Shown here piece after piece: positions 16,948 to 26,456 of a stretch of 64,000 nucleotides of DNA (positions within the stretch are counted from its first letter, which is position 1; the number at the start of each line of letters is the position of its first letter). Origin of the DNA: Candidatus Latescibacterota bacterium (lineage in GTDB: Bacteria > Latescibacterota > UBA2968 > UBA8231). Below the pieces are notes generated by a model. The model was given only the letters and a program-made list of their open reading frames with translations. It had not been told where the DNA came from and did no database searches. The translations under genes and the position numbers were made by a program. Where the stretch lies: contig CBDAOB010000004.1 of NCBI GenBank assembly GCA_965197905.1, positions 608,001 through 672,000 of the forward strand, read 5' to 3'.

Positions 16948-18129
16948 ATGGAATCAGCACACAGTCACGGCAGTTCGACCCGTTCGGTTCACGCGGGCGA
17001 AGCTCGGGATAAACCGGATAAATCGCTGACCACGCCAATCGCGCAGACGGCGACCTTCGTGTTCGATACGCTGCAGGAATTCGAGGCTTTTAAAGCCGGT
17101 GAGCGGCAAAACTTCGAATACGGACGCTACGGGAATCCGACCCAGCTGGCGGCAGAGCGAAAGCTGGCGGCATTGGACAACGCCGAGGATGCCCTGCTTT
17201 TCCCGACGGGCATGAGCGCCGTGACCAGCGTACTGATGGCCATGCTTCGAAGCGGTCAGCACATGATCGTCGTCGAGGACTGTTACCGGATGACGGCAAA
17301 ATTCTGTTCGATCATCCAGAAGTTTGGTATCGAGTCAACCTTCGTGAAACCGGGCGACTACGAAACCCTCAACTCTGTGGTGCGACCCACTACGCGGTTG
17401 ATTCTGACCGAGTCACCGACCAACCCGCATCTGAATGTGTTGGACCTGAAGAAGCTGGTGCCGTTCGCCAAGGAACACCGTTTGAAGGTGCTCATAGACA
17501 GCACGCTGGCCACGCCGATCAATCAACGCCCTCTGGAGTTCGGCGTTGACTTGGTGCTGCACAGCGCCACCAAATATCTCGGTGGTCATAACGATCTGCT
17601 GCTGGGTTCGGTGTGCGGGGCCGCCCCGATCGTGGAGGCCATTCGCGAATACTGCAAGGTCGTTGGCACCTCTCCCGATCCAAACTCGTCCTACCTTCTG
17701 ATACGCGGATTGAAAACGCTTTCGCTGCGCGTGCAGCGCCAGAATGAAACGGCCATGCACATCGCGCAATATCTGGAGGGTCACAAAAAGGTCAAACGCG
17801 TTTTTTATCCGGGGCTCGAAAGCCACCCCGACCACCAGATCGCTGTCGAGCAGATGAACGGCTTCGGAGGTTTGATCAGCTTTGAGATCGACGGGGGCTT
17901 AGACTGTGCTCAACGCTTTCTCCACGAGCTGGAACTCCCGTACTTGGCGCCCAGCCTGGGCGGCGTGGAGACGCTCGTATCCCATCCGGCAACCGTCTCT
18001 TATTACGATCTGAGTCGCGAGGAACGCCTCTCGATCGGAATCACCGACGAGCTGGTACGTTATGCTGCCGGCATCGAGGACAGGGAAGATCTTATCGCAG
18101 ACATCGAGCAGGCGCTGAAAAAGATCTGA
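16948..18129 (+). CDS. metB: Cystathionine gamma-synthase / Cys-Met-metabolism PLP enzyme
   Basis: YGRYGNPT, TGMSA, ESPTNP, HSATKYLGGHND, APSLGGVETL. GGAG RBS before ATG 16948; SAM riboswitch upstream. Confidence 0.85.
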   Translation: MESAHSHGSSTRSVHAGEARDKPDKSLTTPIAQTATFVFDTLQEFEAFKAGERQNFEYGRYGNPTQLAAERKLAALDNAEDALLFPTGMSAVTSVLMAMLRSGQHMIVVEDCYRMTAKFCSIIQKFGIESTFVKPGDYETLNSVVRPTTRLILTESPTNPHLNVLDLKKLVPFAKEHRLKVLIDSTLATPINQRPLEFGVDLVLHSATKYLGGHNDLLLGSVCGAAPIVEAIREYCKVVGTSPDPNSSYLLIRGLKTLSLRVQRQNETAMHIAQYLEGHKKVKRVFYPGLESHPDHQIAVEQMNGFGGLISFEIDGGLDCAQRFLHELELPYLAPSLGGVETLVSHPATVSYYDLSREERLSIGITDELVRYAAGIEDREDLIADIEQALKKI

Positions 18130-18203
18130 CTGGAGTCGACCGAGTATTCGCTTTGATAGGCGAGGGTCGTCGCCCAAGTGGGATATTGGACCCGCTCCTA
18201 TGC

Positions 18204-19781
18204 TCACGCCGTCCCGGCGTGGTTTGATTCCAGCTGTCCGTAGGATTCAATCAGTGGACCATAGACCGTCCTCGAATCCGCTCGGGGTTGGATGGTGGAG
18301 TCGGGGACCGGACGGGTAAACGGGGCCACGACGGTCTGCCATTCCGCCGGTTCGCCCCGTTGCCGACGAAAGCTGAAACATGCTCTCAAGGCCGCGCCCA
18401 GGGCGGCGGAGTTTGTCGTTTCGAAGCGGTGAACCGGACAGCAATGGACGTCGGCGAATATTTGCAGTATCTCGGTGCTTTGAGACGCTCCACCGGTGAC
18501 GTAGAGTGAACTGATCGGCACCCCCATCCACCGTGAGTGAATGACCGACGACATTGCCTGCGCCTCAATGACCCCGCGTACGTTTCGCGGGACATCACCG
18601 GGATCGAGATCTTCCCTGATTACCTTGGGCACCTCCACCTTAGGAGCGATCTCCGGACCAAAGAAAGGGAGCATCATCCCTCCGTCGTTGCCGGGGTGGC
18701 TGCGACGTAGCATCTCCTCAAACCCATCCCAGTCGAGTCCGAACTGATCGCGCACGGCCTCCCGTGCCAGGCTTCCATTCATGAAGCAAATCAGCGCCAT
18801 GTAGTTGGTCCCGTCCGGAGAGGCAAACAAACAACCTTCGCCCTGGGAAGATGTCCGGGGCGCGCTCATGCAGGCGAAAAGGGTATCTGACGTGCCGAGA
18901 CTCAAGGCGACCATTCCCGGTTCCACAAGTCCCATGCCGATCAAGCTACAGGGGTTGTCGCCAGAAAACGGAAGAACCTTGCAGTCTTTCGAAAAGCCGT
19001 ACCGCTCGACAAAATAAGGGCTGATGTTTCCGACGATCTCGTCGGAATGAATTATCGGCGGCATCCTCTCGTCGAGATCGGGCGCGGTGGCGGCCATCGC
19101 TGCCGCACTCCATTGACGACTCGAAATGTCCATGAGATTGGTACCACTTCCGTCACCGGGATCGACGGAAACCAGCCGGCCTGCCAGCAGACTGGCCATG
19201 TAGGAGCTCACCAACCCGATGTAGGCGGTGTCCCGATACCTGTTTGGTTCAGTTTGGCAGAACCGGCGAATCTGGGGACCGCTAAAACGCTCGAATGCGG
19301 TGTTTCCGGTGAGTTCCAATAGCGCCTCTGCCCCCCCGAGCGCGGTTTGAATCTCTTGGCATTGCGCCGCCGTGGAGGTGTCCATCCAGATTGGGGAGCT
19401 GGGGCGGGAGAAAATATCGCCGATCTGAGGTGCCAGCGGTTGGTCTGCGTCGAGTTGGCCCAGCGCTCGGGATGCCCGGTCGTTCAAGTAAACCGTTCCG
19501 TGCTGCTGACCACTGCCCGCGACGGCTGCCAGCGAGCTGAGATCCACGCCGCCGTCACGCATCGATTGGGCAAGTAGATCTACAGCTTCCGCCCACATGA
19601 GCGGGAAGCTATGTACGACGCCGCCGCCGCGATCGACGACCCCGTGCTCGACCCCGTAGGAAGAGGCGAAATGCGCGTCGAAGTTCACCGACACCTCAAG
19701 CTCGATTTCGCCCTTTTCGGCATCGATGACTACGGCGGTCATCGATTGGGTGCTGGCATCGATTCCGAGAAATTTGCTCAC
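18204..19781 (-). CDS. xylB: Xylulokinase (FGGY family, eukaryote-like subtype)
   Basis: LGIDASTQS, GSGQQHG, PIWMDTST, TGNTAFERFSGPQI, GDNP, SLGTSDT, TGGAS. Confidence 0.85.
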   Translation of the reverse strand: MSKFLGIDASTQSMTAVVIDAEKGEIELEVSVNFDAHFASSYGVEHGVVDRGGGVVHSFPLMWAEAVDLLAQSMRDGGVDLSSLAAVAGSGQQHGTVYLNDRASRALGQLDADQPLAPQIGDIFSRPSSPIWMDTSTAAQCQEIQTALGGAEALLELTGNTAFERFSGPQIRRFCQTEPNRYRDTAYIGLVSSYMASLLAGRLVSVDPGDGSGTNLMDISSRQWSAAAMAATAPDLDERMPPIIHSDEIVGNISPYFVERYGFSKDCKVLPFSGDNPCSLIGMGLVEPGMVALSLGTSDTLFACMSAPRTSSQGEGCLFASPDGTNYMALICFMNGSLAREAVRDQFGLDWDGFEEMLRRSHPGNDGGMMLPFFGPEIAPKVEVPKVIREDLDPGDVPRNVRGVIEAQAMSSVIHSRWMGVPISSLYVTGGASQSTEILQIFADVHCCPVHRFETTNSAALGAALRACFSFRRQRGEPAEWQTVVAPFTRPVPDSTIQPRADSRTVYGPLIESYGQLESNHAGTA

Positions 19782-19889
19782 TAGAAACCACTTACGTAGG
19801 TTGTTAATTTTGTAGGAAATAGGTTAAGAAATTGGTTTTGGTCGGCAAGGTGCGAGCATCGATGAAGCACCGAACGAAGTCGGAGTTGT

Positions 19890-21179
19890 ATGGAAGCTTT
19901 ACGAGATACCGATCCGGAAGTCGCTGCGATCGTCGAGGCCGAAAACAGAAGGCAGCATAATAAAATTCGTCTGATCCCATCGGAAAACTACGTCAGCCGG
20001 GCCGTTTTGGAAGCGACCGGTTCCGTCTTGACCAACAAGTACTCCGAGGGATACGCAGGGAAACGTTATTACGAGGGGCAGCAGCAGATCGATCGCCTCG
20101 AAGCGTTGTGTGCGGAGCGAGCCCTTGATCTGTTCGGCGCCGAGCATGTCAACGTGCAGCCCTATTCGGGTTCGCCGGCGAATCAAGCAGTTTATGTCGC
20201 CATGGCCAAACCTGGAGATACGATCATGGGCCAGGCCCTTGATCACGGCGGCCATCTAACCCATGGTGCACCGGTCAGCGTGTCCGGCATTCATTATGAA
20301 TCGATTCAATACGGAATCAACAAAGAAAGCGGCACCCTCGACTACGACCAGGTCGAGCATCTGGCGAAGGAGCACAAACCGCGAATCATCTTTTGCGGCG
20401 CCACGGCTTACCCCAGGATTATCGACTTCGAACGTTTTGCTGCTATCGGACATGGCGTCGGTGCACTCGTAGTTGCCGACATCGCACACATCTCAGGTTT
20501 GGTAGCCGCGGGAGTGCATCCCAGCCCCATTCCGCATGTGGACGTCGTCACCTCGACGACACACAAGACACTGAGGGGTCCGCGGGGCGGCATGATCATG
20601 TGCAAACGCGAATTCGCAGCCGCCATAGACAAGGCGGTTTTCCCGGGATTGCAGGGTGGTCCCCACAATCACACGACAGCAGGATTGGCGGTGGCGCTGA
20701 AGGAGGCGACCTCCGATGAATTCCGCGCGTATGCAGCGCGGATAGTAGAGAACGCCAAAACCCTGGCGGCGGAATTGCAAAAACGCGGATTCGAGCTGGT
20801 CACGGGAGGTACCGAAAATCACTTGCTGTTGATCGACCTGACCAGCCGAGGCATCACCGGCAAACAGATGTCGAAAGCGCTGGATCCGTCGGGTATCGTC
20901 TGCAACTTCAACACGGTGCCTTTCGATCCTAAACCGCCGCGGAACCCGAGCGGCATACGCCTGGGAACACCGGCGATTACGAGCCGAGGATTTGGCGCCG
21001 ATGAAATGAAACTCCTGGCAGGGTGGATGGAGCGCATCGCCGACGCCAGAGCGAACGAATCCTTGGACCTGGATGGCCGGAAGGAGATTTACCGGCAAAC
21101 GGCAGCGGAAGTCAAAGCCGTCTGCGATCGGTTCCCGGCACCCGGTCTGCTCTACACCGAAGTAGGTCAGCCTGCCTAA
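19890..21179 (+). CDS. glyA: Serine hydroxymethyltransferase
   Basis: LIPSENY, NKYSEGY, HGGHLTHG, TTHKTLRGPRGG, FPGLQGGP. Confidence 0.97.
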   Translation: MEALRDTDPEVAAIVEAENRRQHNKIRLIPSENYVSRAVLEATGSVLTNKYSEGYAGKRYYEGQQQIDRLEALCAERALDLFGAEHVNVQPYSGSPANQAVYVAMAKPGDTIMGQALDHGGHLTHGAPVSVSGIHYESIQYGINKESGTLDYDQVEHLAKEHKPRIIFCGATAYPRIIDFERFAAIGHGVGALVVADIAHISGLVAAGVHPSPIPHVDVVTSTTHKTLRGPRGGMIMCKREFAAAIDKAVFPGLQGGPHNHTTAGLAVALKEATSDEFRAYAARIVENAKTLAAELQKRGFELVTGGTENHLLLIDLTSRGITGKQMSKALDPSGIVCNFNTVPFDPKPPRNPSGIRLGTPAITSRGFGADEMKLLAGWMERIADARANESLDLDGRKEIYRQTAAEVKAVCDRFPAPGLLYTEVGQPA

Positions 21180-21359
21180 TCTCAGCCTGGAAACAGATCC
21201 ATGCCCAGACGTAAGAAGAGCCAGGTCAGCGCGGCGATTACTAGAAACGGGGCTACGTGTCTGCCCGTGGTTTTCATACTAGTCTCCCGGGGAGGAAGGA
21301 GCCTAAAACTCAGTGTACTATAATAAATACGACGGGGATTCGCACGAAAAAAACGCATT

Positions 21360-22469
21360 ATGGAGTGGAAACCTGTGAATCGGAGCTCACTAAAGACGGC
21401 TGGTCAGGTCCTTCTCCTGATGCTGGTTCTATACACTTTCCTGGTCAGCATAGGTCTGCTGGGTGCCTCATTCAAACTTTTCGGCAAAGACCTGGCAAAA
21501 CAGATAATAGAAATGACCGCCAATCCGTTGGTGGGACTGTTTGCCGGTATTCTTGCCACGACAATGGTCCAAAGCTCCTCTACCTCAACCTCGATTGCCG
21601 TAGGGATGGTGGCGGGCGGCGCCCTCACGATAGAAGGTGCCGTACCGGTCATCATGGGGGCAAACATCGGCACCAGCGTAACGAACACCCTTGTTTCCAT
21701 GGGGCATATCACGCGCAAGGAGGAGTTCCGCCGGGCGCTGGCCGGCGCCACAGTGCACGATTTTTTCAACTTGATCGCGGTGGCAATCATCCTGCCAATT
21801 GAGATTCTCTTTCACCCCTTGAAATGGTTCTCGGAGAATGTAGCAACCGTATTTGAAGGCGTCGGCGGCATGAAATTTTCTAGCCCGTTGAAACTCGCCA
21901 CCAAACCCGTTGTTGCATGGCTGGTCGAGTTCATGGGCGAGAATCCGACCCTTTGCATCATCGTCGCTCTCCTGCTTATGTACGGGGCGCTCAAGTTTCT
22001 GGTAGATCTCGCCCGTGGCCTGGTGGTCGCCCGGTCAGAGCGTTTCTTGCACCGCTACCTGTTTGGTGCCCCTCTCACCACCATGTTGTTCGGGGTGATC
22101 CTGACCATTTTGGTGCAGAGCAGCTCGATCACTACCTCCATGGTCGTACCGCTTATCGGAGGTGGAATACTAACGCTGCAGCAGATCTTTCCATATATGT
22201 TGGGGGCAAACATAGGAACCACGGTAACGGCTATGCTCGCCTCGCTGGCCACCGGAAATCTCGCCGCAGTGACGGTCGCGTTCGCTCATCTCTTCTTTAA
22301 CCTCTCGGGCATCCTTTTGATCTACCCCATCCCTGCGATCAGGCGTATCCCCATGGCCATGGCCGCCGGCTTGGCAAATCTTACCAGCAGGTCGAGACTC
22401 ATCGCCATCGCCTACGTGGCTCTGGTATTCTATTTGATCCCGCTGCTTCTGGTATTTTCGTGGAGGTAA
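21360..22469 (+). CDS. Na+/Pi cotransporter (SLC34/NptA type)
   Basis: Two QSSS..TS / MGANIGT repeats and AGATVHDFFN; multiple transmembrane segments. Confidence 0.92.
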   Translation: MEWKPVNRSSLKTAGQVLLLMLVLYTFLVSIGLLGASFKLFGKDLAKQIIEMTANPLVGLFAGILATTMVQSSSTSTSIAVGMVAGGALTIEGAVPVIMGANIGTSVTNTLVSMGHITRKEEFRRALAGATVHDFFNLIAVAIILPIEILFHPLKWFSENVATVFEGVGGMKFSSPLKLATKPVVAWLVEFMGENPTLCIIVALLLMYGALKFLVDLARGLVVARSERFLHRYLFGAPLTTMLFGVILTILVQSSSITTSMVVPLIGGGILTLQQIFPYMLGANIGTTVTAMLASLATGNLAAVTVAFAHLFFNLSGILLIYPIPAIRRIPMAMAAGLANLTSRSRLIAIAYVALVFYLIPLLLVFSWR

Positions 22470-22472
22470 ACG

Positions 22473-23120
22473 ATGTTGAAGGAACTGTTGTCCAAACAAA
22501 AGTCCTCACTGGTGTACGAAGCCCTTGAGGAGATCCTGAAGATGTTGGAAGGGGCGGAACGGATGTTCGCGATTGGCTGCGACTTCGCTGCTAGAGACGA
22601 AGAAAACGCCCGGGTTATAGCCCAAAGCGATCGCGAAATCAATATCGGTGAAAGGATGGTGCGACGGCTCATCTTTCAACACCTGACGGTCAATCCGAAA
22701 TTCGATCTCCCGGCGAGTCTGGCGATCCTGAGCATCATCCACGACGTGGAACGTCTGGGAGACTATGCGAAAAGTCTGTTCGAACTGAATCAATGGGGAG
22801 ATCTATGTAACGAGGAGAACGCTCACCGCCAACGGTATGCCGAGATACGCAAGGAGGTCGAGCCTCTTTTCTCCCTTACTAGGGAAGCACTCAGCAACGA
22901 CGACGCCGAAACCGCCCGCCAAGTTATGCAAAAACATGAAGCGACCAAGACACTCACCGATGAATTCGTGGCCGAGCTCGTGCAGGATCCAAACGCCGGC
23001 TCGGACTCGGTACTCTATGCTTTGGCCTCCAGATTCCTGCGTCGCACCAGTGGACATCTTTCCAACGTTGCCTCCAGCATTACTAATCCTCTCGACCGAG
23101 TTAGCGGCAAAGTGAGTTAG
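22473..23120 (+). CDS. PhoU-domain protein
   Basis: DREIN..ER.VRR and DVERLGDYAK motifs; coupled to the Na/Pi transporter. Confidence 0.85.
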   Translation: MLKELLSKQKSSLVYEALEEILKMLEGAERMFAIGCDFAARDEENARVIAQSDREINIGERMVRRLIFQHLTVNPKFDLPASLAILSIIHDVERLGDYAKSLFELNQWGDLCNEENAHRQRYAEIRKEVEPLFSLTREALSNDDAETARQVMQKHEATKTLTDEFVAELVQDPNAGSDSVLYALASRFLRRTSGHLSNVASSITNPLDRVSGKVS

Positions 23121-23196
23121 ATGGAGCTGACTACTAACCCCAATACACGCTGACTGAAGTACCGCGAGGCGGAGGGATGTAGCCATCGCATCCGTC

Positions 23197-24087
23197 ATGG
23201 GAAACCAACGCAAGGCGTACGTCTGCGCGGGCTCCGCCGTCTTTCTCTGGTCGACGGTCGCGACCGCCTTCAAGATCGCGCTACAGTACCTGACCGTTCC
23301 GCAACTCCTGTTTTTTTCCAGCCTCGCTTCTGCAGCAGCGTTGGCCGCCATCGCCGTGGTCCAGGGGACTATCGGCCAGCTCTTTTCGGGGACCGCGCGC
23401 CAATATCTTCGCTCCTTCTTGCTTGGTCTACTAAATCCAGTCGCATACTACCTGGTCTTGTTTGCCGCCTATCAACGACTTCCAGCTCAGGAAGCGCAGG
23501 CGCTCAACTATACCTGGGCGCTGACGATCGTTCTGCTATCCGTTCCGCTCATGCGGCAACGCCCAAGAGTTCGCGACATCTTGGCAGGACTGATATGCTA
23601 CGCGGGAGTGCTGATTATAGGAACGCGGGGCGAACCACTGAGTTTGAAGTTCGCCGACGCCACAGGCGTCGCTCTGGCCCTGGGCAGCACCGTGTTGTGG
23701 GCGCTGTATTGGATTTACAATACGAAAGACGATCGGGATCCGATCATCTGTCTACTTCTGGGATTTATCAGTTCGCTACCGGCAAGCGCCGCAATTTGTT
23801 TCGCGACCACCGGATTCGAACTGCCGGGGTGGGAGGGTATCGCTGGGGCCGCCTACGTAGGACTGTTCGAGATGGGCTTCGCGTATTTCCTGTGGTTGTC
23901 TGCTCTTAAGTACTCTGTGAGCACCGCCCGGATAGCCAATCTCATTTTTCTCTCGCCGTTTTTGTCCCTGGTACTGATACACTACATCGTCGGGGAAGAG
24001 ATTCTCGTGTCCACCCTATCGGGTCTCGCCCTGATCATAGCCGGTTTAGGTGTGCAAAAATCCAGACATCGAGCTGACACCGGGTAA
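23197..24087 (+). CDS. DMT/EamA-family transporter
   Basis: LWSTVATAFK, GLLNP..YYLVLF.AY..LPAQEAQ.LNYTW; about ten transmembrane helices. Confidence 0.9.
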   Translation: MGNQRKAYVCAGSAVFLWSTVATAFKIALQYLTVPQLLFFSSLASAAALAAIAVVQGTIGQLFSGTARQYLRSFLLGLLNPVAYYLVLFAAYQRLPAQEAQALNYTWALTIVLLSVPLMRQRPRVRDILAGLICYAGVLIIGTRGEPLSLKFADATGVALALGSTVLWALYWIYNTKDDRDPIICLLLGFISSLPASAAICFATTGFELPGWEGIAGAAYVGLFEMGFAYFLWLSALKYSVSTARIANLIFLSPFLSLVLIHYIVGEEILVSTLSGLALIIAGLGVQKSRHRADTG

Positions 24088-24095
24088 AAAAACGC

Positions 24096-24254
24096 TCACT
24101 TCCCGGCCTCGATGATCACCGACGACAAGCTCCGCTGTTTAACGAACTGGACGTCGCCGAAATTTCCACGGAACGCGAAGTAGAGAGCTACCAGCACGAT
24201 CACCAGCATATATACGTACCCGGCGTTTTTTATTTCCTGTCTCACCTCTCTCAT
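24096..24254 (-). CDS. Small single-pass membrane protein (52 aa)
   Basis: AAGGAG RBS 5 nt before ATG 24254; one hydrophobic helix (YVYMLVIVLVALYFAF); fills an otherwise empty gap. Confidence 0.55.
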   Translation of the reverse strand: MREVRQEIKNAGYVYMLVIVLVALYFAFRGNFGDVQFVKQRSLSSVIIEAGK

Positions 24255-24347
24255 TTCATCTCCTTTCCAACCGTACATTGGAGAACGTCCCGGAGGGCGT
24301 GAACAGTGTCAAGCACGTGAGATGCAACAGGCAGATCGAGGTTTAGC

Positions 24348-24899
24348 TCATGGTATTCCGTATTTGTCCAGAATCGAACTCCACGAACCCTGGGCTTTCA
24401 TAAGAAGCTCGATGACCTCGCGAACGGCCCCATTCCCACCTGGTGCGGTCGTCACGTAGTCGGCGCGCCGACAAACCTCTTCGCGGGCATTGGCGACAGC
24501 CACACCCAAACCCACTCGCTGCATTAGAGGTACGTCGGTCAAGTCATCCCCCATGTACGCCACTTCTACATCGGTCAAACCTGCCTTGGAGCAAATCTCC
24601 TCGTACGGCGGTATTTTCTCCAGATAATTTTGGTAGATGTAGGTAACACCCAACATCTCGGCTCGATGGTTGACGGCTGGCGATTCACGGCCGCTGATGA
24701 CACCCGTTTGAATTCCCGCGCCGTGAGCGAAGCGTAGCCCCATGCCGTCCTGAGTGTTGAACGGTTTGGTCTCCACCATCTCTCCTTGGGATCCAGGCAC
24801 ATAGTAGAGACGTCCATCCGTCCACACGCCATCCACATCCATCAGTAGCAGCCTTATCTTTTGCGCTCGAGCTTGCTGTTCTACCGTCGGCTGGCTCAA
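24348..24899 (-). CDS. kdsC: KDO-8-phosphate phosphatase (HAD family)
   Basis: LLMDVDGVWTDG, FNTQDG, ISGR, YMGDDLTD, GGNGAVRE. TTG start at 24899 with a GGAGG RBS inside the end of zwf. Confidence 0.9.
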   Translation of the reverse strand: MSQPTVEQQARAQKIRLLLMDVDGVWTDGRLYYVPGSQGEMVETKPFNTQDGMGLRFAHGAGIQTGVISGRESPAVNHRAEMLGVTYIYQNYLEKIPPYEEICSKAGLTDVEVAYMGDDLTDVPLMQRVGLGVAVANAREEVCRRADYVTTAPGGNGAVREVIELLMKAQGSWSSILDKYGIP

Positions 24900-24900
24900 T

Positions 24901-26404
24901 TCAAACCTCCATCCATTGTCGTCCTTCACCTTCGAGCAGGGATGCAGCTTGAGCCGGACCCCAACTGCCGGCGGGATACGATGGAACCTTCGCCGCCGAA
25001 GACGCACCCCAGGCCTCCTGGATCGGCATGAGCAGCTCCCAGGATTTCTCGATCCAATCGTTGTGGGCGTAAAGGGTAGCGTCCCCCATCAAACAGTCGA
25101 GGATCAAGGTTTCGTACGCCTCCGGACTCCGGGCCCCGAAGGTCTCCTCGTAGTCGAAGTCCATCTTCACGGTACCCAAATTCATGTCCGGACCTGGGGT
25201 CTTTCCGCTGAACGACAGAGAGATGCCTTCTTCCGGCTGGATGCGGATAGTAAGCGTACTGCAGCGAACATCGCTGTGTTGGAAAATAAGGTGAGGGGGT
25301 TCCCGAAATTGCAAGGTTATGGCCGTCGCCCGCCTTGCCAATCGTTTGCCGGTGCGAATCGCAAACGGTACTCCCTGCCACCGCCAGTTGTCGATCGTAA
25401 ACATAACGGCAGCGTATGTCTCGGTTTTGGATATGCGATCCACGCCGCTTTCCTCGAGGTACCCACTGGCGTTCTCCCCGTCGATCGCGCCAACGCCGTA
25501 CTGGGCTCGAACGGCATACCGATCAACCTCGCCGATACTAAACGGCCGAATCGACTTGAGAACCTTTAGTTTTTCGATACGCACGCTTTCCGCATCGAAC
25601 GCGCTTGGTGGTTCCATGGCGATCACGCACATGACCTGCAGAAGGTGATTCTGGAATCATGTCGCGAAGGGCACCGGCCACTTCATAATATTGAGCGCGG
25701 TGCTCCACGCCCACGGTTTCGGCAGCCGTGATCTGTACGTGATCGACGTACCTGCGGTTCCACAGCGGTTCGAACATCGAGTTGGCCAGGCGAAACACCA
25801 GGATGTTCTGAACCGTTTCCTTGCCCAAGTAATGATCGATGCGATAGATCTGATGCTCGGCAAACACGCGGTGCAGAGACTGATTGAGCTCCCGAGCTGA
25901 ATTAAGATCATGCCCGAACGGCTTTTCGAGGATGATTCTAACCCACCCATCGGAGCTATCCCCTTCCTCATGCAGGCCGGCAATGCCGAGCTGCTCTACG
26001 ATTGCCAGATAGATCTGTGGCGGCACGGAACAGTAGAAACAGCGATTCCCCTTGGTGGAACAGGTGCGATCGAGCTCATCGAGGTGGGACCTCAACCTGA
26101 TGTAGGTCTCCGGATCCTGCGGATCTCCGCTGATATACGACAGCTTCCCCAGAAAACCTTCCAGGGCTTGCGCATCTACGTCGCCGACGAACGTGTGCAC
26201 CGCCTCCCCCATCTGTTGGCGGAAACCGTCGTTGTCCATTGAGCTGCGCGCCGCGCCGACCAGTGCGAACTGTTCAGGTAGACGCCCTTGCTGGTTCAAA
26301 TGCCATATAGCTGGAAGCAGTTTGCGGCGAGTCAGGTCGCCGGAGGCGCCAAAAATCACGAGAACGCACGGATCTGGAGTGCGTTGGGACGACATGAACG
26401 ACAC
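24901..26404 (-). pseudogene. zwf: Glucose-6-phosphate 1-dehydrogenase split by a 1-nt insertion (or a sequencing error)
   Basis: GASGDL, EKPFG and RIDHYLGKE in the first ORF; RWQGVPF..RTGK in the second. The RDMIQNHLLQ motif is broken at GAC ATG ATT C CAG (about 25653-25656). Confidence 0.9.
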
Positions 26405-26456
26405 GGTCGCGGACCTCTTGGAGAATTCTGCTGAAAGGCCGATCGGTTGAGGCCGA

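Noticed and set aside
19782..19889. ZTP or THF riboswitch upstream of glyA
   Set aside because: Short AT-rich divergent spacer; the ZTP hallmarks (GACUGGCG and CGCCUGGG) are absent and I recognised no THF aptamer
23115..23165. Fluoride-riboswitch-like hairpin (AGTTAG-ATGGAG-CTGACT) before the DMT transporter
   Set aside because: It lacks the downstream GAUGAC.CC pseudoknot partner and overlaps the phoU stop codon
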